A stretch of DNA of 64,000 nt, from assembly GCA_964270895.1 (NCBI GenBank), contig OZ185439.1, one strand, 5' to 3'. Made by a program: the position numbers and the translations under genes. The number at the start of each line of letters is the position of its first letter. Position 1 is the stretch's first letter. Below the pieces are notes generated by a model. That model saw only the letters and a list, made by a program, of their open reading frames with translations. It had not been told where the DNA came from and searched no databases. Positions 39,629 through 52,452 of the stretch are shown one piece after another. This DNA is from Podarcis filfolensis (Eukaryota).

Positions 39629-39927
39629 CTAGGACCTTTCCACACCCAGTGTTGTCAGGATCTCCTGCACTAATGTTTCCAGTCGCATCTGGTGCTCAGT
39701 GATGCTGTTCATTTGCTTCTGCAATGTCAAAACATCCAGGGCTGCATCAAGCCGACTGCATCGGTCCAGGGCTTTCTTTAGGTCTGCATGTTGATGCCGC
39801 AAGCCAATTAGGTGGCCATTGATATCTTGGAGCTTCACCTGCAAGGCTTTGCGATTCCCAAAGGTGTTTTGGAATAGTCGTTTCATTTTGTACACAGAAC
39901 GCAGGATGGCAAGTCCTAGGCTGGATG
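39629..39927 (-). CDS. Terminal coiled-coil exon
   Basis: cccctcag| acceptor; LQVKLQDINGHLIGLRHQHADLKKAL...LETLVQEIL heptads; TAG stop. Confidence 0.7.
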
Positions 39928-42900
39928 CTGAGGGGAAACAGAAACGAAGACCAGACCATAAGGAGGATTGAGACAATAATGACATGGCAGACAGAGCCAA
40001 TGCCCATCTGACATTCATTCCAGTGGGTGGAGGGAAGCCTAGCTGCCTAGTCCTATAGCTACTTCAATTCCACCTCCTATGCCAGTGAGAAAATCTGCCA
40101 TCCAACCCCAGACAGCTCCCTCTGCCAGCCACCTCCCCCAAATCCCCATGCCCACCAAAAATCAAGGCAGAGAGGATGCAGCAACTGTAGCCCCGTGGTG
40201 TAGGGCCTGGGGCTATCAGACTCACACATGGTGTGGGGCTTCATGCTCCGGCGCCAATGGCATCTCCGATGTGGTGTCCTCAGCACAGGTGGTGGGTTCG
40301 CCTGTGGTGAATCCGGTGGGTTCGCCTGTAGTGAATCCGGTAGGCTCGCCTGTGGTGAATCTGGTGGGCTTGCCTGTGGTGAATCCAGTGGGCTCGCCTG
40401 TGGTGAATCCGGAGGACTCACCTGTGGTGAATCTGGTGGACTCACCTGTGGTGAATCTGGTGGGCTTGCCTGTGGTGAATCCGGTGGACTCACCTGTGGT
40501 GAATCCGGTGGACTCGCCTGTGGTGAATCTGGTGGGCTTGCCTGTGGTGAATCCAGTGGGTTGCACCTTGCCCTGGCGAGTGCAGATGGTGAGAGACGCC
40601 TCAACTTCACTCGAAGGTGCTTGTGTGGGGTCCTGCCTGGTGACTGAGGTGCCACTGGAGTAGTCTCTTCTGATGACCCTGGCGTGGCCTCTTCTGATGG
40701 CTCGGGCATGGCCTCTTCTGATGGCCCTGGCGTGGCCTCTTCTGGGTCATCATGACAGACCACAGCTAGGGTGGGAGATGATGAAGCTCAGTAACTGACT
40801 GTCTCTATTCTTCACAGTAGCCATGTCATTCCCCAAAGAGTCAAAGCTTCAATGAAGTTCGCATATGTGGGCATCCAGGGAATCCATGTCCTGAATTATG
40901 GTAGCATTCTAATGGGAACAGGGAATGACTTTGCCTATCTCTGTGAGAGGCACATCAAAGATTCACCCAGCAAAGGGCATACATCACAATACCACAATAC
41001 AAAATTGGGCATTCCAGGCAACCTTTGGTGCAACCACATTATAAAGCCAGCCTTGGACCCAAAGGCATGAATTTGATCCTGGGCTTCCCACATATAACCC
41101 AACACTCTCACTGCTTTGTAATACATACCTCACAGAAAGTTTCCACTGACCTGATGACTGGAACTGAGCTGATTCGCAAAATGATACCGATGGATTCTTT
41201 ACCTGCCAAATAAAAATAGGCACAGATGATTCAACAGGCATAGTCAAACTGCGTGTCATTCAGCAAAACACAGCACCTGCAGTCTAGAAAGACAAGTCTT
41301 GCATTTTTTATAATAGAATCCTAGAGTTCTAGAGTTGGATGGGACCCCAAGGATCATCCAATCACAGAAGCCATTAGTAAGAAAAATTAATCTCAGCCAG
41401 GTGTATTTGGCACTGCCTGTGCCAACTACCTTTTCTCAGTTTAGCTTTTGCCTATCCCCATTTTGTTTATACTCTTTCCTAGTTTACCAAGCTCTGGTTT
41501 GGGGCAAATACAGTAAAAGGCCATCTCATCTGCTGTCAAGAATCTCAGCTTGCCTTAGTGTTTTCTGGCCCATAAATCATTCTTTGGTTATCAGTCATGG
41601 TCCCTGGATCCTGCTCTTCATCTGACCCATTCTCTGGTGGCCTCACCAGACATCCTTTTATAATGATATTTATTAAATTTTCCATTTTAACAATCCAATA
41701 AAACCACATTAAAAACATTCCAAATCATACAATAATCAAACAGTCCAAATATTATGCCAAATTATAAATCTTTGTTTGGCTTCCCATGCTCTGAGGTCGG
41801 GGAGTGCTGATCATCTCACATTTGTGCTGCTTTTCATAGTTCTTCCAGGTAGTTCCCATAAGTCAATCCGATGTTAATCCTTCATTTGTTTTTAACAGCC
41901 TCCAAGTTTGTCTGGCAAGCGAGTTAAATCAATACAGTATATTTCTGTGTGGGTGTTTATATTCCTTTTCTCTCTCTTTTTATTCTTTGTACTCTGAATC
42001 TGATCGTGGCATTTCACTTTCACTTCCTCACGCCTGTGATTATCCACTGCGACACATCCCAAAATGGAGGAAATTTGGCTTTCTGCCAGTTGTACCAGGC
42101 ATATGTCCAAACTTCTCCATTTTATCTCATTCCAAAGCAATTAAGCCTGTACTTTAGCAAGAAACCTTGATTTCCACAATTGCAAGTTCATAAATCTTTT
42201 CCAAACAGTTAATAATTAGACCAAAATTATATCAATGAATACAGCACTCTCCAGTCCTGCTTGCGTACATAAACAATCTGGCAGCCAGTCCTTCCAGGGA
42301 GATTTGCCAAGTAAAATAGCAAAACGAAGTATATAAACAAGAAACAAAGGAGGCTCACCCCCCTTCTGTTCCAACATACCAGTCCCGTACTGGTAATCCT
42401 TCTTCCAGTCGAATCTTTTGGCACCTCAGAGGCTGAATCAATTAGCAGAGTAGTTTATCTCCCCTCACTCAGAGCATGCCCATTAATTAAGTCTGAATTT
42501 TCATCTTAAAAAACAGGAGTTTGTTGCTCATGGCAGTGACTTCGGAAAGTTGCCAAAGAGACGCATGGTGTTTTCCACCTAGTGCCCCCTGCCCCCTCAT
42601 TCCTCCCAGATTGGGAGCAGGTGTTGAGTGACCTGCGAGTGAAGCTGCTCCCCCCCCCCGGGGCCTGGGGCAGTTGGGAGGATGATTAGTCCCATCTCAT
42701 CCTCAAAATATTCCGTGCGAAATGGCTCTGATGTAATGGGCAGCCACCATCATGGCAGCCCAAACCGGAAGCCCTCACCAGACATCCTTTTAACTGTGCT
42801 TTCATGAGTGCTTGTGCTCATGATGTTATTAGGGCAGCTCTATACAACCCTAGTTCCTATACTGTTTGTGCCTGCAAAAGTTTCAGGGTGGACATACTTG

Positions 42901-45900
42901 CTTTGCTTCCAATTGGTGACGGCTACTATTGCCTGGCCATCATGCCTGCCCCACAGTTAGGCCACAGTCATTGCAGCACATCTCTTAATTATGTGTAGAA
43001 GTCCCTAGATCTTCCAGAGACAACACTTTTTTCCAGTTCCATTCACAACAGGTCTACTAGCATTGACAGGGAGGTGGTGCTGGGCTCAACCATTTCATCT
43101 TTCCAGGGCCCACAGGCAGCATCCATAGTCTGAAGGTTTTTTTTCCATGCTGATAGTGCAGTTCCTTTTTTATATATATTTTAAAATGTCAACTGCTTTG
43201 AGCACAGGTGTATTTGTGGAAAACATAATATACGAATAAATTGACAATATCTATGGCTGTCACACACCAATATGGTAAAACTGTTGATAAACTGTTACCT
43301 TTTTCCTCCTGCCGTATATTCGTTTTGGATTAGGAAGATATCCACTCTGAAATAAGCATGACATAATTAGTTACTCTGATGCATTAGCGGGATCCCAAAA
43401 TAGTATTTGAAATGAGGGAATCCACACAAAGAAGTGGGAACTATTTTTGAAACATCTATTTTTTGACATCAGTATATAAGAAGCTGGCTCTATTTCTTAG
43501 CACAGATACCGCTCACATCACTCCCATATATATTTATATGCGTTATTGTCATAGGTGCCTGAAAATGTTAATACATCTTTGCTCCAGGAAATACACCTCT
43601 TGCCTTTAACTGGCACACACCTGAGCAACATACAGTGGTACCTCGGGTTAAGAACTTAATTCGTTCTGGAGGTCCGTTCTTAACCTGATGTACCACTTTA
43701 ACTAATGGGGCTTCCTGCTACCGCCGCGCTGCCACCGCACGATTTCTGTTCTCATCCTGAAGCAAAGTTCTTAACCCAAGGTACTATTTTGGGGTTAGCG
43801 GAGTCTGTAACCTGAAGCATCTGTAACCCGAGGTACCACTGTGTAAGAATAAAAAGTAACAGAAAATGCAAGCAAAAGGAATTCCTTTGTTTCCAATTCT
43901 TTTAGTCTAATTTTGTGTCTATCTCACCACCAACACCTCCCATTGTTGTAGCAGGTACAAGGAAGGTACAACAATACTATATTATTACATAAGGACAGGA
44001 TATTGTATTTGTGATTATAAGAAGGAAAGGCGTGACTGTCTGCAAACTTGAAAGTATCATCTGATACTTCTTTCAGATCACATGTAGAAAATAAAGCATT
44101 AAAATTACAGGCATTACAAGTGAACTGCATACCTCTATTAATTTTTCTAAAGGAAGCCCTTTATGGCGGATACTTCTTTTCCAGGATTTCCAGCTTTCAC
44201 GTTCTCCTTCAGCCTCAAATTCTGGTGGCGTGAACCACTTTCCATCAGAACCCTTGATGGACTTCTGCAAAATTCCTATGACAAACAGAGAAGTCACATG
44301 AATGTTACACGCCTATCCCAATCAGCAAAGTTCACTGAATCATGTAAGAAATCTGTCAACAATTTATCCAATATATACTTTAGAAAACGGCGTTTCGGTG
44401 CACTGCTCTGGTTTGCCAGAAGCAGCTTAGTCGTGCTGGCCACATGACCCAGAAGCTGTACGCCAGGTCCCTCGGCCAATAAAGCGAGCTGAGCGCCACA
44501 ACCCGAGTCATCCGTGACTAGACCTAATGGTCAGGGGTCCCTTTACCTTTTTACTTTAGAAAAAAACCATATGAACAGAGATTCTGATACAAGCACTACA
44601 ATAAATTTCTGCATGGGGCTTGGTGCTTCTGACTAAAACTATTTAGTGTTTGATTTTGTTGTAAATAGGTATGCAATAAGAATCACTGATCAGGGAACAC
44701 AAGTCTGTCTTGATACTTCAGCAGCTCCTCTGCTGAACTCTTCCAGTATTTCTTTACCGTATTTTTCGCCCCATAGGACGCATTTTTCCCCTCCAAAAAT
44801 GAAGGGGAAATGTGTGTGCGTCCTATGGGGCGAATGCAGGCTTTCGCTGAAGCCTGGAGAGCGAGAGGGGTCGGTGCGCACCGACCCCTCTCGCTCTCCA
44901 GGCTTCGCGCAGATCTCCGCAAGCCGCGGGAGCCCGCGCCGGGCTCCCACAGCTTGCGGAGAGTTGCCTGCATGCCGAAGACTTCGCGCAGCTCTCCGCA
45001 AGGCGCGGGAGCCCGGCGCTGGGCTCCCGCGGCTTGCAGAGAGTTGCCTGTTCTGGGGGCTGGGGTCGGGGGAAGCTCGGGCTTCCCCAGCCCCGCGCCT
45101 GGGGGGGGGGGAATAATTTTTTTTCCTTTATTTCCCCCCCAAAAAACTAGGTGCGCCTTACGGGACGGTGCGTCCTATAGGGCGAAAAATACGGTACATG
45201 CTGGGTATATAAAATTGTTTGATTGCTTATTTTTAAGATGAATCAGGCATAGCCTCATTTTTTAATGGTACAGCATGGCAATCTGGCTTTGATTAAATCT
45301 AAGATACCTTGAGTAATTTTTCAGTCTACATTATTTGGCTATGTTGCTGAGCAGTGTCTGAGGAAAGGTGCCTTCTATTTGCTGTATTACTCAGCTACGA
45401 ATGATCGTCAAAGGAGAAGCAGAAGCAGCAGCTACTGCAACCGTCTCATGGCTAGCCATTGTAAAATTGCAGGTTGAAGAGGCAATCCATTTGAAAACTC
45501 TACAATCACATTTCTGCACACTTTTGGTTCTGACAATAGAGAAGTACTGGTATTTCTTTTCACTTCACAGTATATGGGAAGTGAAAACTATAAAAAAAAT
45601 TAGTCAAATTCATAAATTACATGCTGAAATACTTAAAGCTGACGAAATCACTTGTGCTTTTAAGAGGGATTCAAATGACTGAAAATATCATTATGATACT
45701 GAAGTAATTGCTGTAAGCTACCCTGGTTCCATAAGCAGAATGGGATATGTATAATATAAAATAAACTGTCTTCTGGGGAAAATTTGGGGGCTTCTATATA
45801 CACTTACCTAGGAACCTTCCAACTGGACTACAATAATGCACTCTATGTGAGACTTCCCTTGGGATTGGCAAGAATCTGAAGCTGGTGAAGAATACTGTGG

Positions 45901-48900
45901 CCAGATTTTGAGTGAACACCGATGTCATGTAAAGATATAGCTTTTTGCCCAAGCTTTCCCTGACCCATAAGACCAGACCCTGCTTTGTGTGTTTGAATAC
46001 ACTGAATTTATGCTTTTAAATGAACAAATAAATGAAATGGGACTTATTTCTGTTTTGAGAAGATATGTAGAAGAAAGCGTTCTTCCCCAAATGCAAATGG
46101 TAGTCATATACTAACTACATGATGGCTTCCTTCCCATCCCAATTTTTAAATCTGCCATTAGTATTATATGCCTTGTACATATTTAATACACACAGATATA
46201 CTCTTCAAAACCAACAGTTTACCTGCTGCCAATTTCTCCTTATACAAAACACCTTTAACTTGTCCACAGTGCACAGGAAGGGTGGAGCCCAGCAAATCCT
46301 CCTCTTGAATTTCAATCTGCCTTCGTTTTACTAGATGAGATCAAGAAATCGAAGTCAAATAGTTAAAATTCCTATATTTTGGGCTTCTAGAAAATAAATC
46401 TGATACCAAACTCCAGACCACCAACATGACCAGACCACCAACAGCACAGAATATTTCATATCATCTGAAAGTAATTCAGATCACTTGTAGTAAGAGTAAA
46501 TTTTAATCTGAGAGAGAAGTGAAAAGATATAATTCTAGATTAATTATATTCATCTAGTCAACAGAATTTATATACTGCTTGGTTGTAATGAAACCTCTAA
46601 GCAGTTTACAATCTGCCAGTCCACTCCAGTGAAGTTCTAGAACAGAGTGATGGAATGAATTACTTAACTATTAACACTAAGGCATGAGTGGCAGGATAAA
46701 TGAAGAAAACAGTGAGGAAAAGGATGGGCTTCGCCAGCAGAAAACTGCAAGCTTATTTAGTAATTTTACAACATTATGAAAAGTTTGTGACATTCTACAG
46801 CATTTAACTTTTTACCTTTTCGAATTCTTCTACCCTTCCATCTTTCAGTATATTGCATTCGATGCTTTCTTTTTCTCTTTCTCTTTACTGCATTTGTTGT
46901 TCCTTAAGAAAATGTTTCCAATTAATTACACACACTTATTTCTAGTTCCTTCTTCACTCTGCATTAAAGACAGTGCCCAGTGCTAGACGAACTCCATGAA
47001 GTCTTTGAACTGTTCTGGAAACCCTACCACATTTTAAATCATAATTTGGTGAAACATTATCCAAATTTCAATTAAATGGAACTTCTCTCATCACCCAAAC
47101 CAGAAAACAGCACTTAAGAGCTTTGGAACAAGCCAGGATATTAAGCAATGCCTTAATATTCTGCTTGTTTCAAAGCTTTTCACTATAGTTTCCTGGTTCA
47201 GATGAAATGGAAATATAAATAATGAAAGACTTTATGGTTTGTTTGCTGGCTCTTTGCATGACCAACCTCTCATCCCTGAACTATATGCCTTAAACTCCCC
47301 TACATATCCATGTTGGTACTCACGGCCATTTCCTAAGGAGTAATCAGGATCATGTTCATCTGTGGAAGTTGATAATTCACTGCTGTTCGCTTCTGAAGTA
47401 GAGTTATTTCCAGCATTCTGGGTAACTAAAAATGTATTATTATTATTAATTAAAATTGCATACTGCCCTTCATCCAAAGATCACAGGGCAGTTTACAATA
47501 TAAAAATATAAAATGAGAACACAAAATACATAACAAAAGAACAGACATACACCAATAACCATCCTCGCATAAACACATTTTAAAAGCCATAGATTACATA
47601 ATCAGCTGAAGGCCTGGCTATAGAAAAACATTTCATTTTTATTTTTTTTAAAGAAATATTTATTAAGATTTTACAAAGACAAATATACAAAAACACATAA
47701 TAAAAAATAAAAAAATAAGTAAACATACAGAAAAAATAAGAAAAATTAAAAACAATTATTTTTCATAACTTAAAACTCATTTGCTTGTTTCTTTGACTTC
47801 CTCACACCTCCCCTTCTTGTATTCCCATTTAAATAATCAAATCAGCAAATCCTTACCCTCTTTCATTTATCTTATCTCTATAACATTTTATAACTCAGTA
47901 TTTTCATCCATTATCAATTCATTTTTGCATATTCTTATTAACTCTGTTGCTAATACCACTTATTTCCAATCCAACACCATTTTAGTTATTTTTTTACCTA
48001 TTTATACCCTTCTTCCATATTCTTAAAGCATTACAGCTGGAAACCACTTAAATTCTATCCAACATCATTCTAACAGTCATTAATTTTACAATATTTCTGT
48101 AGATAGTCTTTAAATTTCTTCCAATCTTCTTCCACCGTCTCTTCTCCCTGGTCTCGGATTCTGCCAGTCATTTCTGCCAATCCCATATAGTCCATCACCT
48201 TCATCTGCCATTCTTCCAAAGTGGGTAAATCTTGTGTCTTCCAATACTTTGTAATAAGTATTCTTGCTGCTGTTGTAGCATACATAAAAAAAGTTCTGTC
48301 CTTCTTTGGCACCAATTGGCCGACAATGCCCAGAAGGGAGGCCTCTGGTTTCTTCAGGAAGGTATATTTAAATACCTTTTTCATTTCATTATAGATCATT
48401 TCCCAGAAAGCCTTAATCTTTGGGCACGTCCATCAAAGGTGCAAGAATGTACCTTCAGTTTCTTTACATTTCCAACATTTATTATTGGGCAAATGATAAA
48501 TTTTTGCCAGCTTGACTGGTGTCATGTACCACCTGTACATCATTTTCATAATATTCTCTCTTAAGGCATTACATGCCGTAAATTTCATACCTGTGGTCCA
48601 CAACTGTTCCCAGTCAGCAAACATAATGTTATGTCCAACATCTTGTGCCCATTTAATCATAGCAGATTTCACCGTTTCATCCTGTGTATTCCATTTCAAC
48701 AGCAAGTTATACATCCTTGACAAAATCTTAGTTTTGGGTTCTAACAGTTCTGTTTCTAATTTTGATTTTTCCACCTGGAAGCCTATAGAAAAACATTTTA
48801 GCATGGCATCTAATGTATGTTGAATATCTGTAAAGCTATGTCTGCATATTCATCATAATTGTGAAGCCTGTATTGCTTTCTCTCATCACCTGTGCAGCAG

Positions 48901-51900
48901 CTTTCTTAGCATAAAATTTGGCGAATCTGGCAAGAAAATGGGAGTGATAAAAGAAAGTCCACTCCCATTCTGGGTGCTGTGAGCACCAAATACATACAAG
49001 CGAAGTGTGGATGAAATTTACTTTGGGAGATAAGTTAACTAATAAGTGATTAGACTAAAAGGAATACGCATAGCTTTTGTTCATACCAATCTCAAGACTT
49101 TTCAAACAAGATATTGACTTGAACTTAATCTGAACTTGACTGGATCCTATGGTGAGACTGAACTTGATGTAGAATGCAGGATAACTCTGAGAAGGATTAC
49201 AATGTTTCTTGAAGGAAGAAAACTGCATTTTTATATTTTTTTTGAAGATTAGCACTTGGGAAATCTTATAACTTTGAGAGAGAAACTTATGTTCTATAAA
49301 AGTGCTGAAGACATCTAACCTAATGGAATTATAACTGTGATTTAATTTATTAAAAGGCACTTGCTGGCTAAAATCAAGATCAAAAGAAGAGGACTAGAAC
49401 ATCCATTATTAATACTGGACTAAATTAGAATCACGTCAGCGGTTCGAATCCCCGCAAGGGGGTGAGCTCCCGTTGCTTGGTCCCTGCTCCTGCCAACCTA
49501 GCAGTTCGAAAGCATGTCAAAGTGCAAATAGGTACCGCTCCGGCGGGAAGGTAAACGGTGTTTCCATGCGCTGCTCTGGTTCGCCAGAAGCGGCTTAGTC
49601 ATGCTGGCCACATGACCTGGAAGCTGTATGCTGGCTCCCTCGGCCAGTAAAGCCAGATGAGCACCGCAACCCCAGAGTCGGCCATGGCTGGACCTAATGA
49701 TCAGGGGTCCCTTTACCTCTACCTAAATTAGAATCAAAATTTAATTGTACAGGCTTATTATATTGAATATATAGAAATGATTTGGATGTGAATGGATGTA
49801 AAGATCTGAATATATAACTCTTATAAATTATATTTGTGAGTAAGGTGGGAGAGGGAAGGGATAAAGTTGGAAGCACTGGTTTCCTCTTTTGAACCTAATG
49901 AAATGTCCTTGGCAAAGTACTGACAAAGCTAAAAATAACACTATTAGTGGTGGGAAAGGACTTTTTGTTTTGAAAGTAAACCCTAGAGGAAGCTGGGAAA
50001 CAGGGAGTTAGCCCCCCCTTACTCCAAACTAGAAATGGCAGAGGAAAAAATCCATATGTTAAAACAAACTAACCAGGCCGTAATGCAAAAGAACCTAAGA
50101 GATGAATTGTATGATTTTCTTTTAGTCATGAAAAGAGAACTGTTTGATCAGATAAAAGATGTTAATAAGGCAGCTTCTCAAATCTGTAAAAGTAATAATG
50201 TACTTTCAGAGGCTGTGAGACAATTAAAAGAGGCAAACACACAAATCACCAACGTGAAAATGGTAGAGAGACAAGGTATGAGGAAGATACAAAGGAAAGT
50301 AAGAGTAGTTCAAGACAAAAATGATATTACAGTCATAACTCATGTTGCGTCTGCTTCAGGTTATGTCTTTTCAAGTTGCGTCCCGTGGCAACCTGGAAGT
50401 ACCGGGACGGTTACTTCCCAGTTTCCCCGCTTATGCATGCGCAGAAACACTACGCGCTCTGGATAAGAATGCTTCGAGCTGCGGATGTGCCTCCGGGAGG
50501 GTTTACGTCCGCAACTCGAGATTTGGGAGACTTTGACTGTGATAGAGAAGAAGCAGGAAGGGAGGGTAAAATGCATAAGAGCTACTATATGTGGTGGCAA
50601 TGTAAAATTATTAAAAAGGCCTGGGAAAAGACATATAAAGACTTGAAGATTATGTGGGAAATGATTAACGTTAAAAAAAACCTGAAATCACCACCAGGGA
50701 AAATTAAATGCAATTCACATCGGGGGAAATAAATACAGTGAATTTCTTCTCCTGCCTGAGTCCTTCCAATTCCTGGATCCAGCAATCTAATGGAGGATTC
50801 TTTTGTTGAAGTAGCCAGGCAGGGGCCACACTAGCCCCAAAGTACTGCATGGGTTGTTAGTACAGTGGTACCTCTGGTTGTGAACGGGATGAAAGGAACA
50901 CAACCTGCAGCGGCATGTCTGTGCATTCGCAGGTTGCGATTCGCTGCTTCTGCGCATGACGTCATTTTGCAAGTGGGTGGTAAGAAGGACAAAAGTCAGC
51001 ATGGTATGTGAGAGCAGGATTTAGAAGCAGGCTGCAGGCAGAAGCCTGAGAGGGAGAGCCATGCTTCGTTTCTGGTTGAATCCAAGGCTGTGGCAATGGG
51101 AGAAGCAAGACCATCTGGGCATGGCTGTAGCCAAGGGGGGGGGACAGCCGCCCCCCTTAAATCAAGTAAATAAATAAATGAACTGACAGTGTCGCAGATA
51201 GCTCGGTTCTGCCCCCCCCAACCATAAATCCTGGCTACACCCATCTGAGCTGTTACTACTTTGAGTCCCACCCCCCAGGAGGTTGTAAATATGACAAATG
51301 CTTAAAAGGAGTATGCTTCGTATTTTACTGCTCTTAAGATTGCCACAGCTTGAAGCGCCAAGGAGAGAGTAGTGGTGCCCAACCTGTGGAATGCCCTGCC
51401 ACCAGATGTCAAAGAAATAAACAACTATCTGACTTTTAGAAGACATCTGAAGGCAGCCCTGTTTAGGGAAGCTTTTAATATTTGATGAATTGTTATATTT
51501 TAATAGTTTGCTGGAAGCTACCCAGAGTGGCTGGGGAAACCCAGCCAGATGGGTGTGGTATAAATAATAATAATAATAATAATAATAATTCTTACACATC
51601 TCATCCAAACTTTGGAAGGCAGGAAAAACTTGTACAGTGGTACCTCGGGTTAAGAACTTAATTTGTTCTGGAGGTCTGTTCTTAACCTGAAACTGTTCTT
51701 AACCTGAAGCACCACTTTAGCTAATGGGGCTTCCTGCCAGAGCACAATTTCTGTTCTTATCCTGAAGTAAAGTTCTTAACCTGAAGCACTATTTCTGGGT
51801 TAGCGGAGTCTGTAACCTGAAGTATCTGTAACCTGAAGCGTCTGTAACACAAGGTACCACTGTACTGTACATTTGTGTATGGGGGGGGGGGTTTACTGTG

Positions 51901-52452
51901 TGACAAGGATGCAAATCTGATCGTTATTTTCAAAAGAAGCCAATGCCCCCATGTTTTGGAGGAAACACATTAGCAGCCCTTTCTACTATTGCTCGCTCAC
52001 CACATGTAAGGAGAATCTTCACTTTCCGGGTCTGATAATATTAAGCAAATAACTGTGACGTGGCTGTTAATGAAACACATCCTCTGGAGGCTGGCATTTT
52101 GAGAAGGGCTGCTTTACTTCCTTCGCTGCTGCCCCCAGTTTCCCGCTCAAACTCGAATTTCCCGCTCAATCCCTCCCGGGCCTCCCAGGCTTCCCCGGCG
52201 GGCGCTCCCGCCTCGCTTAGGACGCGGATGGTGGGCGCACAAGGGCCAGGGAGCCCCTTATAAGGGGCTTCCAATCAGGTTACAAAACAACGGCCTATGG
52301 GACGGGGCGGGGACCCCGCCAACACCGTCTGAGACTGAAGCAGCAACTCCTTCCCCTGTATGGAAATGAACCGGGCACTTACTTCCCTCTTTCTCCTTGG
52401 CACTGGTCGGAGCAGAGGCGTGAGGCGCCGAGGGACCAGCGCCACCTTCCAT
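39629..52452 (-). CDS. SP100/SP110/SP140-family SAND protein with Ser-Pro minisatellite and C-terminal coiled coil (~500 aa)
   Basis: Exons 52383-52452, 47324-47425, 46816-46902, 46223-46330, 44133-44275, 43299-43346, [42359-42424, 41151-41202 tentative], 40226-40765 and 39629-39927 sum to 1515 nt in frame. SAND motif LPVHCGQVKGVLYKEKL|G...DGKWFTPPEFE...KSWKRSIR. Confidence 0.75.
40226..40765 (-). CDS. 540-nt low-complexity exon with two 8-aa repeat arrays
   Basis: cctag|CT GTG...ATG T|gtgagt, phase 1-1, no stop codons. Confidence 0.7.
40301..40564. repeat. 24-bp minisatellite, 11 units
   Basis: Unit CCTGTGGTGAATCCGGTGGGCTCG; encodes DSPQ(A/V)SPP on the minus strand. Confidence 0.97.
41660..42190 (-). 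mobile_element. Probable LINE (L1-like) 3' fragment
   Basis: T-rich tail-like segment and degenerate ORF2-like text; family uncertain. Confidence 0.4.
43299..43346 (-). CDS. Post-SAND 48-nt exon
   Basis: SGYLPNPKRIYGRRKK, typical of the SP family. Confidence 0.85.
43633..43841. mobile_element. Tigger/pogo-like MITE
   Basis: TIR CAGTGGTACCTCGGGTTA. Confidence 0.85.
44133..44275 (-). CDS. SAND domain exon 2
   Basis: GILQKSIKGSDGKWFTPPEFEAEGERESWKSWKRSIRHKGLPLEKLIE. Confidence 0.95.
44388..44551 (+). mobile_element. Sauria SINE, 5'-truncated
   Basis: 12-bp TSD TACTTTAGAAAA. Confidence 0.88.
44757..45194. mobile_element. Tc1/mariner-type MITE, CpG-rich
   Basis: TIR CCGTATTTTTCGCCC(C/T)ATAGGACGCA, TA TSD, internal palindrome and internal duplication. 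Confidence 0.9.
46223..46330 (-). CDS. SAND domain exon 1
   Basis: LPVHCGQVKGVLYKEKLAA. Confidence 0.92.
46816..46902 (-). CDS. SAND gene NLS-like exon
   Basis: VKRKRKRKH...KGRRIRK, phase 1-1. Confidence 0.8.
47324..47425 (-). CDS. SAND gene Ser/Asn-rich exon
   Basis: Phase 1-1, tttag|...|gtgagt. Confidence 0.7.
47635..48782 (-). mobile_element. L1-clade LINE 3' fragment
   Basis: ORF2 C-terminus with CWKC...H..W.C knuckle and AARILITKYWK...LPTLEEW; A-rich tail. Confidence 0.88.
49434..49722 (+). mobile_element. Sauria SINE
   Basis: 14-bp TSD CTAAATTAGAATCA. Confidence 0.88.
50035..50335 (+). mobile_element. Possible LINE ORF1 coiled-coil remnant
   Basis: K/E/Q-rich heptad-like ORF among repeat debris; assignment weak. 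Confidence 0.3.
51375..51589 (+). mobile_element. L2 LINE 3' fragment
   Basis: Same tail as 36705-37073, ending in (AAT)n. Confidence 0.8.
51635..51862. mobile_element. Tigger/pogo-like MITE
   Basis: TA-CAGTGGTACCT...AGGTACCACTG-TA. Confidence 0.88.
52383..52452 (-). CDS. SAND gene first coding exon
   Basis: MEGGAGPSAPHASAPTSAKEKEG|gtaagt in a CpG-rich region. Confidence 0.7.

Noticed and set aside
40079-40663. Alternative ORFs across the minisatellite (PVVNPVGS, CGESGGLA and TTGEPTGF frames)
   Set aside because: A stop-free 24-bp unit opens several frames automatically; only the DSPQ frame has phase-matched splice sites
44646-45241. Several 96-156-aa ORFs on both strands
   Set aside because: Explained by the GC-rich palindromic MITE at 44757-45194
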